Positions 18,979-28,395 of a stretch of 35,826 bases of DNA are shown one piece after another. How positions within the stretch are numbered: the first letter of the stretch is position 1; each line of letters opens with the position of its first letter. The DNA is from Sulfurimonadaceae bacterium. GTDB taxonomy: Bacteria > Campylobacterota > Campylobacteria > Campylobacterales > Sulfurimonadaceae. The DNA is taken from contig JBFEXS010000009.1 in assembly GCA_041562555.1 (NCBI GenBank), positions 1 to 35,826 on the forward strand, given 5' to 3'. The position numbers and the translations under genes were made by a program. A model generated the notes under the pieces. It searched no databases and was not told the origin of the DNA. It saw nothing but the letters and a program-made list of their open reading frames with translations.

Positions 18979-19839
18979 ATGATGAAAAAACAGAACCTTT
19001 TTAGCCTGTCGCTCAAAGACTTTTTTACCCCTTACTTCTTAAGCCTGGCTCTTTTGCCTCTTGTGATCACTCTTGTGATCCTTTTTGGTGTCTTGAGCTA
19101 TGGAATGCAGGTTCTCAACGACAAAATAAACTCTGTTCGTATTGAAAAGACGACCAATGAATACTCCACCGGGACACAAACACATTCACAAAGTTCCATC
19201 AACATCAGTTTTGATGATAATGCAAGTGAATCTTCCCTAATGGACATCAATCCTGTAGCACTCTTTGAGTCTTTACAAGGTTCTGACATTCTTGCGAGTA
19301 TGCTGGAGTACGAATGGCTCCGCTGGGTCATAGAAAAGGTAGTCTTCCTCGTCGCCTCATATTTTATATTTATCCTCGCAGTGATCATTGCCGTTACCAT
19401 CATCGGTTTTTTTACACCCCTGGTTGTCAAAAAGATCAAGTCCCGCCACTACCCGCCATTTGTTATCAAAGGACACGGTTCTGTACTGGGAAGTATCTGG
19501 TATACTCTCAAATCACTTCTTTTCATGGTCCTGCTCTATATCGTACTCATACCTTTTTACTTCATCCCTTTTATTAATATTCTTGCTTTTAACCTGCCTG
19601 CATATTATTTCTTTCATAAGATGCTGGTATTTGATGTAGGCACGACGATCAATACAAAAAAAGAGTACTTACAGATCAAAGCTGTCGTCTCAAACCAGAT
19701 CCGTTTACGTACATTTTTGATGTATTTGATCACCTTGATCCCTTTTGCCGGTATTTTTTTCCCGTTACTTTTTGTCATCTATCTGAGCCATATCTTCATC
19801 AATGAGAGCCTGGAGCTTAGAATCGTTACAGACAAATAA
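18979..19839 (+). CDS. EI24/CysZ-like membrane protein
   Basis: SLKDFFT, several TM helices, GFFTPLVVKKIKSRHY, YYFFHKMLVFDV. Confidence 0.75.
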   Translation: MMKKQNLFSLSLKDFFTPYFLSLALLPLVITLVILFGVLSYGMQVLNDKINSVRIEKTTNEYSTGTQTHSQSSINISFDDNASESSLMDINPVALFESLQGSDILASMLEYEWLRWVIEKVVFLVASYFIFILAVIIAVTIIGFFTPLVVKKIKSRHYPPFVIKGHGSVLGSIWYTLKSLLFMVLLYIVLIPFYFIPFINILAFNLPAYYFFHKMLVFDVGTTINTKKEYLQIKAVVSNQIRLRTFLMYLITLIPFAGIFFPLLFVIYLSHIFINESLELRIVTDK

Positions 19840-19907
19840 TTAATCTTCGCAAAAGACAGACTTTTAAGTTGACATGATTTAAAATAGGACATTGATAAAG
19901 GAAACAT

Positions 19908-21278
19908 ATGAAATCAGTTTTTGGTATTTTACTCTCCTCATTACTCTTTTTAGGATGTAGCAGCGATAGCGGCGGGGATGTTTCGACACAAGAAGTCGTT
20001 ACACCCTCCGAGCCCATTCCTCTAAAAGATCTGAATGTCACGTTTTTATCTGCACAACAATCCGCTTCACAGGTTCCACTGCTTGTCGTCCAAGTCGATT
20101 TTACGGACTATAGTATCTCCGCATCTGAAACACTCTGGAATCAACAGCTCTTTGGAAACTCCCAAGGTCAGCTCAATCACTATTTTTTAGAGACTTCTCA
20201 AAACAGTTTTTCTCTTACACCTGCAGCAGAAAGCTACAATAATGTTAATGATGGGATCATCAAAGTCTCCCTTCCTATAGCCCATCCGAATCCGGCAGGT
20301 GGCGTAGGTAATTTTCAATCAGACATTGCGCACCCGGCACTCACTGCCGCCGATACGTACATTGATTTTTCTGCCTATGATTCAAATGCAAATGGGCGCA
20401 TTGATCGAGATGAACTGCAGGTCATGTTTCTTACAGCCGGGGGAGAACAGGCAACCGGCTTGCGTCCTGGGTACTGGGCACACATGTCCTGTATAGACGG
20501 GGAGAGTTTTGACGGGATCGAAGTCATGCAGTGTAATAATGGCTCGTATACAGTTTTTGGTGAGCGCCATTTCAGTTTTGGCAGTGATGGGAGTGATGCT
20601 TCTATAGGTATCATGGCCCATGAACTTGGGCACGGCATCTTTTACCTACCTGACCTTTATGATATCGATGGAACTTCTTCAGGGATAGGAGGCTTCGGCC
20701 TGATGGGGTCCGGATCATGGGGATATAAACCGAGTGAACTTCCAGGAGAAACCCCTGTACCTATGTCCGCCTGGTCCAAACATCAATCCTCTTTTTTGAT
20801 AGAAAGTACAACCGAGATATCCAATAACAATATTCCGATCAATGCTACGGGTACACCTGCTTACAAAGCTATTAAAGTCAAAACAGCGAATGCCAGTGAG
20901 TATTTTCTCATTGAGAACCGTTCCTCTTCAGGATATGATGCCGGATTGTATGTACTCGATGACATTCCTCTCAATGGCAGCTTCGGGGGAGGAGTTACAA
21001 TCTGGCACATTGATGAGACTCGATCAGTTAATTCAAATGAGACTAGAAAACTTGTAGACCTCGTAGAAGCAGATGGTTTTTATCTCGATGCAGCTGACAA
21101 TTATGGAAAAACCACCAATCTCTTTTATGCCGGCAATTCTGCTGCAGCCTATACCGGCGAACTCACTCCGACAAGTACACCGTCCACAACAGATCTCTAT
21201 TCCGGTGCCAATACAGGCATCTCTATTGCCAATATATCAGCTCCCGGCTCGATCATGTACCTTGATCTTAATTTTTAG
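19908..21278 (+). CDS. M6-family (immune inhibitor A-like) zinc metalloprotease, lipoprotein
   Basis: Lipobox FLGC; AHELGHGIFYLPDLYD, GLMGSGSW, SAWSK, EYFLIENR, IWHIDE, LVEAD. Confidence 0.9.
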   Translation: MKSVFGILLSSLLFLGCSSDSGGDVSTQEVVTPSEPIPLKDLNVTFLSAQQSASQVPLLVVQVDFTDYSISASETLWNQQLFGNSQGQLNHYFLETSQNSFSLTPAAESYNNVNDGIIKVSLPIAHPNPAGGVGNFQSDIAHPALTAADTYIDFSAYDSNANGRIDRDELQVMFLTAGGEQATGLRPGYWAHMSCIDGESFDGIEVMQCNNGSYTVFGERHFSFGSDGSDASIGIMAHELGHGIFYLPDLYDIDGTSSGIGGFGLMGSGSWGYKPSELPGETPVPMSAWSKHQSSFLIESTTEISNNNIPINATGTPAYKAIKVKTANASEYFLIENRSSSGYDAGLYVLDDIPLNGSFGGGVTIWHIDETRSVNSNETRKLVDLVEADGFYLDAADNYGKTTNLFYAGNSAAAYTGELTPTSTPSTTDLYSGANTGISIANISAPGSIMYLDLNF

Positions 21279-21287
21279 ATCATGGTC

Positions 21288-21314
21288 TTAGGAAACTGCC
21301 TTAAATGCCGATAT
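21288..21314 (+). promoter_or_regulatory. sigma28 (FliA) promoter candidate
   Basis: GCCGATAT at 21307-21314 (consensus GCCGATAA), weak -35 (TTAG) 15 nt upstream, 31 nt before the GTG start. Confidence 0.55.
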
Positions 21315-21345
21315 AGTTCTAATACACACTATAAAAGGATATGAT

Positions 21346-21876
21346 GTGAATGTAAACAATGCGTTAAGTGCCTATTCACAGCACTCACTTTCCATTGACA
21401 TCCGCACCAGTAGCGGTGATCTTATCGAACTTGATTTCACCAATGAGAAGTCACTTCAATACAAACAGAACGATGCACAACGATCCTTTGCTTTTTCCTC
21501 TTTGGAGTCCTTTAGCTTCCATTATGAAGGAAACGGTATTGATGCTCAGGACCGTAAGGAGATCGAAGCTTTTTTAGAAATTGCTCAACCGAATATTGAT
21601 AATTTTATGGCCGGACTAAATGACGGCTCTTCGTTGAAACAACCGATCAGTAAACTTGCCAATGACATCACTTCACTCTTTGCCCCTATCAAAGAAGGAG
21701 GCAAGACAGATCTGCTGGATTTTGTCAAAGAGGGACTGACCAATGGTGTTGACAAGGCACTTGCACAAAACATAAACCCTCTAAAACAGACGGAGGAGAT
21801 ATTGTCTCATGCACAACGTTTTTTAGAGCAGATGCTCAAACAGCTTGATAAAGCAGATACACTTTTATATGGCTAA
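21346..21876 (+). CDS. Hypothetical protein, possibly flagellar-coexpressed
   Basis: 176-aa ORF filling the gap; GTG start 6 nt after AAGGA; no signal peptide; IRTSSGDLIELDF motif. Confidence 0.75.
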   Translation: MNVNNALSAYSQHSLSIDIRTSSGDLIELDFTNEKSLQYKQNDAQRSFAFSSLESFSFHYEGNGIDAQDRKEIEAFLEIAQPNIDNFMAGLNDGSSLKQPISKLANDITSLFAPIKEGGKTDLLDFVKEGLTNGVDKALAQNINPLKQTEEILSHAQRFLEQMLKQLDKADTLLYG

Positions 21877-21945
21877 GAGGCCTGTGCATATTTTATTTAT
21901 TTCGTTATAATCTCCCCCAATCAATTTCTTAGGTACTACATTCTC

Positions 21946-22938
21946 ATGAACAAAGCACTTCTCTATCTACTCATTTTAGCACTTACATCAACCCTGTCTT
22001 ATGCTAGACAACCCTCAGAAACGACAATCAAGAAATGGTTAAACCAAGACAATTTTTCTATTATTCATACACAAAGTGTCTATCTATTAGATAATGAACG
22101 TGCTTACTTGGTCAAAGTACGTTTTACAGCGACACCCTTGAAAGAGGGATTGGTACTGGTGCGTCCGGAACTGGACGAGGCCCGGTTTATCCCTGATTTT
22201 GCAAAAGAGTTTATCGTGACCGACCTGGATCACGACGGGGTATCCGAGATCGTCTATACACAAAAATCCGAGAATGATACACATACGATATATAAACGTT
22301 TTCTCATCCAACTTCATGATTACGATCCTTTTGAGCTTTACAGTGTGAGTTATCAAGAAGAAAAAAAGTGCAGACTTTGTGTCACTGAAGACATTCAGTG
22401 GGGATTTGAAGATCTGACCAATAACAAGATTAAAGATCTTAAACAGGAATATACCCTGCATATCCAGGGGGATGAGACGAAACTTCTGTTTAAAGAACGC
22501 ACGCAAGAGATTGAGTTTAACAAAAAGGGCTTCAATCTGCCTGTTAGACCTACACACTTCCAACTAGACATATTGGAACTTTCCAGAGATGTTATAGACA
22601 GAGAACCGATATCTCCGACGCAAAGCTTCGCACTGAATGACGAAAGGGTCTTCTGCTTTCTTGATTTCAAGGATGTGACACACGAAGACACAATCGTCTA
22701 TCACTGGATACATGAGACCCTTGGCGAGGTTGTGAATGTAGAGCAGAATATCCATCCCGCCAAACGATTTAGGACATGGATATACAAAAGCCTTAATGAA
22801 GATCAAAAGTATTTGGGTAACTGGAGAGTGATCGTCACTGATCGATATAAAAATATTTTGGCCTCAAAAGAATTTACTGTCGTCGACAATCTCCCTGGGG
22901 CGTCACACCCTAATCAAGATCAAAAAGAGAATCTTTAA
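21946..22938 (+). CDS. Exported protein with C-terminal DUF2914-like Ig-fold domain
   Basis: Signal peptide; DLDHDGVSEIV loop; C-terminal VFCF...IVYHW...RFRTWIYK...GNWRVIV...LASKEF. Confidence 0.7.
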   Translation: MNKALLYLLILALTSTLSYARQPSETTIKKWLNQDNFSIIHTQSVYLLDNERAYLVKVRFTATPLKEGLVLVRPELDEARFIPDFAKEFIVTDLDHDGVSEIVYTQKSENDTHTIYKRFLIQLHDYDPFELYSVSYQEEKKCRLCVTEDIQWGFEDLTNNKIKDLKQEYTLHIQGDETKLLFKERTQEIEFNKKGFNLPVRPTHFQLDILELSRDVIDREPISPTQSFALNDERVFCFLDFKDVTHEDTIVYHWIHETLGEVVNVEQNIHPAKRFRTWIYKSLNEDQKYLGNWRVIVTDRYKNILASKEFTVVDNLPGASHPNQDQKENL

Positions 22939-23257
22939 GGGTTGATTGCCCTTTTGTCGGGATACCAAACAGTTCTTCTTTCATCTTGACATGACAATCT
23001 CTACACCCCTGAATCACTTCATGCTCTTTTATTCCGAGCCCGTTGATCTTGGATATAGGATGACAGGCAAAACAGTCTGAACCGCAATCCGCCATCGTAT
23101 TAGCATTGGCGGAATGGCAATTGATACACTCAAGCATCGGTTTATGCCGCTGATCTTCCTCAATCGTCGGTACCAAGTTGGGATGACAGGTCATGCAATC
23201 ACCTGTACAGGCCCACAATATAGAACTCAAAACTGCTATTAGTATAAAAAATTTCAT
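22910..23257 (-). CDS. Small exported tetraheme c-type cytochrome
   Basis: Signal peptide plus CMTCH, CINCH, CFACH, CRDCH in 115 aa. Confidence 0.85.
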   Translation of the reverse strand: MKFFILIAVLSSILWACTGDCMTCHPNLVPTIEEDQRHKPMLECINCHSANANTMADCGSDCFACHPISKINGLGIKEHEVIQGCRDCHVKMKEELFGIPTKGQSTLKDSLFDLD

Positions 23258-23285
23258 GGGCTAATTATACATCACATTGGTGAAC

Positions 23286-25853
23286 TTATTGTGAAACCTT
23301 CGCAACAAACTCATCATTTACTACATCAAATGCCACACTATATCCTTCATCCACTTCACCAGACAGGATCAGATCCGCCAATTTATCCTCAACCATCTCA
23401 TACAGTGCCCGTTTTAACGGTCTTGCACCATATACCGGATCAAAACCTGATTGTGCGATATATGCTTTTGCCTCATCGCTTAAAGAGAGTTCGATATTAC
23501 GTTCTTGAACTTTTTCCTCAATCTCTGCAAAGAAGAGTTCGACAATACCCTTGATCTGATCAAGTCCGAGTGGATTAAAGACCACCATATCGTCCAGACG
23601 ATTTAAAAACTCCGGTTTGAAATGTGATTTAAGCTCGGCAAGGACCACTTCATCATCGGCTCCATCCATGATCTTATCTGAAGCAATGTTAGACGTAAGG
23701 ATAATAATCGTATTTGTAAAGTCTACAACAACGCCTTTGTTATCTGTCAAGCGCCCATCATCCAAGACTTGCAGCAAGATATTGAAAACATCCGGATGCG
23801 CCTTCTCAATCTCATCGAGTAAGATAACCGAATAAGGCTTACGACGCACTGCTTCTGTCAGCTGTCCTCCTTCATCATATCCCACATATCCAGGAGGAGC
23901 TCCTACGAGTCGAGATACCGCATGTTTCTCCATATACTCACTCATATCGATACGTACCATGGATTCTGAAGAATCAAATAAAAACTTCGCGAGCGTTTTC
24001 GCTGTTTGTGTCTTACCTACACCGGTAGGACCCAAGAAGAGGAATGAGCCGATTGGTCTGTCTTTGTCTGAAAGTCCCGCTTTATTACGCTTAATAGCAC
24101 GAGAAATCGCAAAAGTTGCCTTTTCTTGACCGATAACTTCACGGTCCAATTCCTCTTTGATATGCAGAATCTTCTCTTTTTCACCCTGAAGCATCTTCTG
24201 TACAGGTATCTTTGTCCATTTACTGACAATAGAAGCAATGGCATTGTCATCAACCGAGTTGCGTAATAATGTCCCTTCTGCCTGCATCGCTGCCCACGCT
24301 TCTTGCTGTGCCTTTTCCTCTTCAAGGAGTTTAGGTATCTCACCATATTCGATCTCAGCCGCCTTATTGAAGTCACCGCTGTTTTTAGCTTGTTCTGCTT
24401 CTCTTCGTTTGCTCTCTGTCTCATTCTTGATCTGAGAAATTTTGTCAAACACAGCCTTCTCGTTCTCAAACTGTGCTTCAAGGCCGCGCTGCTTCTCTTG
24501 AGCATCCGCAAGCTCTTTTTCGACTTCCTCAAGACGCTTGGTATTTGAGGCACTTTCTTCCATCTTCAAAGCTTCTTTTTCAACTTGGAGCTCAGAAATA
24601 AGTCGCTTCACTTGAGAAAGGACATGGGGTTCGGACTCTATTTGCATTTTAAGTTCAGCCGAAGCCTCATCGATCAAATCAATCGCCTTATCCGGTAAGA
24701 ACCTATCCGCTATATATCGTTCGGAAAGTTTTGCCGCAGCTACCAGAGCCGAGTCTGTGATCGTCACATTATGGTGTGTCTCTAGACGTTCTTTCAATCC
24801 GCGTAAGATCTGAAGTGTCTGGTTGACCGTCGGCTCGGGTACATCCACCGGTTGGAAACGGCGCAGTAATGCCGTATCTTTTTCAAAATGTTTACGGTAC
24901 TCCTTCAGTGTCGTCGCCCCGATCGTATGTAACTCACCGCGGGCAAGTGCCGGTTTCAAGATATTTGCAGCATCCATAGAACCTTCACTCGCACCCGCAC
25001 CGACGATCGTATGTATCTCATCAATGAACAGAATAATATTCCCGTTCTCTTTGACTTCATCCACTACGGCTTTAAGACGTTCTTCAAACTCACCTCTATA
25101 TTTTGCACCGGCGATCAGGGCATTCATATCCAACGCTACCAAGCGCTTATTTTGAAGACTCAAAGGAACGTCTTTCGTTTGAATACGCTGTGCAAGCCCT
25201 TCGGCCAAAGCAGTCTTACCTACACCCGGTTCACCTAAAAGTATCGGGTTATTCTTGCTTTGACGGATCAAGATCTGCATCATTCTGTTGATCTCCTCAT
25301 CTCTGCCGATGACTGGAGAAAGTTTGCCTTCTGCCGCTGCTGCCGTCAAATCAATGCCGTACTTATCCAGACTTTCCAATGTCTCATCTGCTGATTGAGA
25401 TTCGATCTTTTGACCACCACGCATTCCTTCAAGGTTTTTGCTAAGATCAACCAAGTCGACATATTTTCCTAACAATGATTTCAACGGCTCTTGTTTCAGA
25501 TTTGCCAGTAACCAGGCATCTACCGCGATAAAACTATCGCCATTTTGTGTCATCCATGATTCAGCAGCTTCTAGACTTTGGGCAAAAGCGCGCGAAAGTC
25601 GTATATTCTCTTTCGTTAATTGTGAGCTCTTCGGCAGTTTTCCTGAGGAACTTTTCACATCAAGTTCTATAGCCGTTTTATCAATATTCATCTTATTGAA
25701 GACTTGGGAAAGAACCGAATTAGAGTTCGTTAACTGTGCCCATAAAAAGTGTATGCTCTCTACTTCAGCGTTTTGATTATGCAGAGCAAGAGAGATCGCC
25801 GACTCAATCGCTTCCGTCATCTGGTGTGTAAGTTTTTCAAATATATTCTTCAT
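23286..25853 (-). CDS. clpB: ATP-dependent chaperone ClpB
   Basis: Two AAA modules ([16 protein letters not shown]), [12 protein letters not shown], coiled-coil M domain, [15 protein letters not shown]. Confidence 0.98.
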   Translation of the reverse strand: MKNIFEKLTHQMTEAIESAISLALHNQNAEVESIHFLWAQLTNSNSVLSQVFNKMNIDKTAIELDVKSSSGKLPKSSQLTKENIRLSRAFAQSLEAAESWMTQNGDSFIAVDAWLLANLKQEPLKSLLGKYVDLVDLSKNLEGMRGGQKIESQSADETLESLDKYGIDLTAAAAEGKLSPVIGRDEEINRMMQILIRQSKNNPILLGEPGVGKTALAEGLAQRIQTKDVPLSLQNKRLVALDMNALIAGAKYRGEFEERLKAVVDEVKENGNIILFIDEIHTIVGAGASEGSMDAANILKPALARGELHTIGATTLKEYRKHFEKDTALLRRFQPVDVPEPTVNQTLQILRGLKERLETHHNVTITDSALVAAAKLSERYIADRFLPDKAIDLIDEASAELKMQIESEPHVLSQVKRLISELQVEKEALKMEESASNTKRLEEVEKELADAQEKQRGLEAQFENEKAVFDKISQIKNETESKRREAEQAKNSGDFNKAAEIEYGEIPKLLEEEKAQQEAWAAMQAEGTLLRNSVDDNAIASIVSKWTKIPVQKMLQGEKEKILHIKEELDREVIGQEKATFAISRAIKRNKAGLSDKDRPIGSFLFLGPTGVGKTQTAKTLAKFLFDSSESMVRIDMSEYMEKHAVSRLVGAPPGYVGYDEGGQLTEAVRRKPYSVILLDEIEKAHPDVFNILLQVLDDGRLTDNKGVVVDFTNTIIILTSNIASDKIMDGADDEVVLAELKSHFKPEFLNRLDDMVVFNPLGLDQIKGIVELFFAEIEEKVQERNIELSLSDEAKAYIAQSGFDPVYGARPLKRALYEMVEDKLADLILSGEVDEGYSVAFDVVNDEFVAKVSQ

Positions 25854-25894
25854 GTTAAATCCTTTATAAACTTTTTAATCTTTATACGTATAGC

Positions 25895-25924
25895 ATTATA
25901 CAACTTTAGTCACATAGTGTCAAG
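25895..25924 (-). promoter_or_regulatory. clpB sigma70 promoter overlapped by an HspR (HAIR-like) operator
   Basis: Minus strand TTGACA(25923-25918)-N17-TATAAT(25900-25895); plus strand CTTTAGT-N7-TGTCAAG (25904-25924) versus HAIR CTTGAGT-N7-ACTCAAG. Confidence 0.8.
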
Positions 25925-26070
25925 TATTGCCCTGTTTATTAGCTGAACTTATCTCTATGTTCGAACGTGAAGGCACGTATCTTCAACACGGTCTAATATA
26001 GTTTTCAGTCACATTAAACTATAATCTCCCTCTAAATTTGATAGTACATTCCAAGCTAAACGAGCACTTA

Positions 26071-27393
26071 ATGAAAAAAAGAAATTTTATCACTCTCGGC
26101 TTTGTTACAACAGCATTGACAGGAGCACTTCTATTCACCCCTTCACTTTTTGCCAAAGAAGAGGCCAACCCAGAAGAAGTCTCTGTCCAGACTTCACGCT
26201 TGCAGTCCCTTGCTAAATTCACCAAAGTCCTCGGTCTTGTTGAAAAATACAATGTAGACCCGGTCACTATCGAAGAGTTGATGGAGAAAGCTCTAAGCGG
26301 TATGCTTTCCAACCTTGATGCACACTCCACCTTCTTAAACAAAAAACATTTTGAGAGTATGAAAATACAGACCGATGGTGAGTTCGGTGGACTGGGTATC
26401 ACAGTCGGTATCAAAGACGGGGCCCTTACCGTTATCGCACCTATCGAGGGTACACCTGCTGATAAGGCAGGATTAAAAGCTTCTGATATTATCTTGAAAA
26501 TCAATGATCAATCTACGTTAAACATGACTATCGATGATGCCGTAAGCATCATGCGTGGGAAAAAAGGCACACCTATCAATCTGACTATCGTCAGAAAGAA
26601 CGAACCAAAGCCTTTGAGTGTTGACATCGTCCGTGACATCATCAAGATCCAATCGGTTTATGCTAAGAATATCGGTGAGGACATCTTATATCTTCGTGTT
26701 ACAAGTTTTGACAAAAAGGTTGTTGAAGGCGTTGAAAAAGAACTCCAGAAGACTATTAACAAAGACAAAGCAATTATTCTTGACTTAAGAAACAATCCGG
26801 GAGGACTTCTTGATCAAGCTGTGGGACTTGTGGATCTTTTTGTAGAAAAAGGGGTGATCGTTTCTCAAAAAGGGCGTGAAAAAGAAGAAGAGAAAGTCTA
26901 CTCTGCAAAAAGTTCGGGCACCTATGCCAAAGCACCTGTTGTTGTTCTTGTCAATGAAGGTTCTGCTTCCGCTTCCGAGATCGTATCCGGAGCACTCCAA
27001 GATCACAAACGTGCTGTAATTGTCGGAGAGAACACTTTCGGTAAAGGTTCTGTACAGGTCATCCTTCCGATCACAGAGGCAGAAGCGATCAAACTGACAA
27101 TCGCCCGATATTATCTTCCGAGCGGACGTACTATCCAGGCCGTCGGTGTCAAGCCAGATGTCGAAGTACACCCTGGTGAACTCAAGACCTATGAGAATGA
27201 GTTCTCCATCAAAGAAGCAGACCTGAAAAAACACCTTGAAGGTGAACTGGCAAAAGTCAATGGGGAAAAACCAAAAAAAGATGAGGATAAAAAAGACAAG
27301 AACCTAATCACACCTGAAGATCTGACAAAAGACATTCAACTCAAAGAAGCGGTTGGCATTGCTAAAGCGCTTCAAATCATGAAGGGACAATAA
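26071..27393 (+). CDS. ctpA: S41 carboxy-terminal processing protease with PDZ domain
   Basis: LDAHS, FGGLGI, DLRNNPGGLL, SASASEI, TFGKGSVQ, ARYYLPSG; start placed at ATG 26071. Confidence 0.95.
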   Translation: MKKRNFITLGFVTTALTGALLFTPSLFAKEEANPEEVSVQTSRLQSLAKFTKVLGLVEKYNVDPVTIEELMEKALSGMLSNLDAHSTFLNKKHFESMKIQTDGEFGGLGITVGIKDGALTVIAPIEGTPADKAGLKASDIILKINDQSTLNMTIDDAVSIMRGKKGTPINLTIVRKNEPKPLSVDIVRDIIKIQSVYAKNIGEDILYLRVTSFDKKVVEGVEKELQKTINKDKAIILDLRNNPGGLLDQAVGLVDLFVEKGVIVSQKGREKEEEKVYSAKSSGTYAKAPVVVLVNEGSASASEIVSGALQDHKRAVIVGENTFGKGSVQVILPITEAEAIKLTIARYYLPSGRTIQAVGVKPDVEVHPGELKTYENEFSIKEADLKKHLEGELAKVNGEKPKKDEDKKDKNLITPEDLTKDIQLKEAVGIAKALQIMKGQ

Positions 27394-27395
27394 GG

Positions 27396-27488
27396 ATGTT
27401 CAATAAAATCACTGATCACACCTGTCTCAAAGCAAAACTTGAAACAGTTCAACAACATAAACAAAATCTTATAAAGGCACATATATGA
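27396..27488 (+). CDS. Putative 30-aa small ORF bridging ctpA and purS
   Basis: ATG 27396 to TGA 27488, MFNKITDHTCLKAKLETVQQHKQNLIKAHI; begins 2 nt after the ctpA stop and ends in an ATGA overlap with purS. Confidence 0.35.
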   Translation: MFNKITDHTCLKAKLETVQQHKQNLIKAHI

Positions 27489-27727
27489 AAGCAATTGTAA
27501 ACATTTCACTCAAAGCAGGCGTACTAGACTCTCAAGGGAAGGCTGTACACCATGCCCTTGACTCTTTAAAATTTGACGGCGTTGAAGATGTTCGTGTAGG
27601 TAAACAGATCATTCTAAAACTCTCTTCGACAGACAAAGAGGCTGCACACAAAGAAGTAACAGAGATGTGTGAAGCACTTCTTGCGAACACGGTTATCGAA
27701 GATTACGAAATCGAGATCATCTCATGA
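27485..27727 (+). CDS. purS: Phosphoribosylformylglycinamidine synthase subunit PurS
   Basis: LKAGVLDSQGKAV, VRVGK, LLANTVIEDY. Confidence 0.97.
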   Translation: MKAIVNISLKAGVLDSQGKAVHHALDSLKFDGVEDVRVGKQIILKLSSTDKEAAHKEVTEMCEALLANTVIEDYEIEIIS

Positions 27728-28395
27728 AGGTAAGTGTAATTCAATTCCCGGGGACAAATTGTGAATATGACACACAATATGCCTTCGAAAGACTGGGAGC
27801 GGAAGTAGAGATCGTATGGCATAAAGAGACGACTATTTCTAAGGATACTGACCTTGTCGTCGTAGCCGGTGGTTTCTCTTACGGTGACTACCTTCGATCA
27901 GGTGCAATTGCCCGATTTGCTCCCGTAATGGATGCTGTGGCGGACTATGCGAACAATGGCGGTAAAGTCCTTGGTATCTGTAATGGGTTTCAGGTCCTGA
28001 CAGAAGCAGGATTATTACCAGGTGCACTTAAACGCAATGAAGGCTTGCACTTCTTATCCAAACACCATCATCTCAAAGTAGCCGATAATAATAATACTTT
28101 CTTGGCGAAACTTAATGTCAATGATGTTGTCAATATCCCTATTGCTCATCATGATGGAAACTATTATATCGATGAAGAGTCAAAAAAAGAACTCTATGCA
28201 AACGGACAGGTACTTCTGCACTATACCGATGAGCATGGGAACATCTCCAATCCAAATGGTTCAGTCGATGCAATCGCCGGTGTATGTAATAAAGAAAAGA
28301 ACGTATTTGGATTGATGCCTCACCCTGAACGGGCTATGGAAGCCATCCTCGGATCAGATGACGGCGTTAAGATGCTAGAGGGGTTCTTTGCGTAG
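27724..28395 (+). CDS. purQ: Phosphoribosylformylglycinamidine synthase subunit PurQ
   Basis: FPGTNC, GGFSYGDYLRSG, GICNGFQ, NPNGS, MPHPER. Confidence 0.98.
   Translation: MKVSVIQFPGTNCEYDTQYAFERLGAEVEIVWHKETTISKDTDLVVVAGGFSYGDYLRSGAIARFAPVMDAVADYANNGGKVLGICNGFQVLTEAGLLPGALKRNEGLHFLSKHHHLKVADNNNTFLAKLNVNDVVNIPIAHHDGNYYIDEESKKELYANGQVLLHYTDEHGNISNPNGSVDAIAGVCNKEKNVFGLMPHPERAMEAILGSDDGVKMLEGFFA

Noticed and set aside
24017..24553. 178-aa alternative-frame ORF inside clpB
   Set aside because: Arg/Lys-rich by-product of the Glu/Lys coiled-coil codons; clpB is intact.
26019..27234. Minus-strand ORFs of 161 and 149 aa over ctpA
   Set aside because: Antisense shadows with no motifs.
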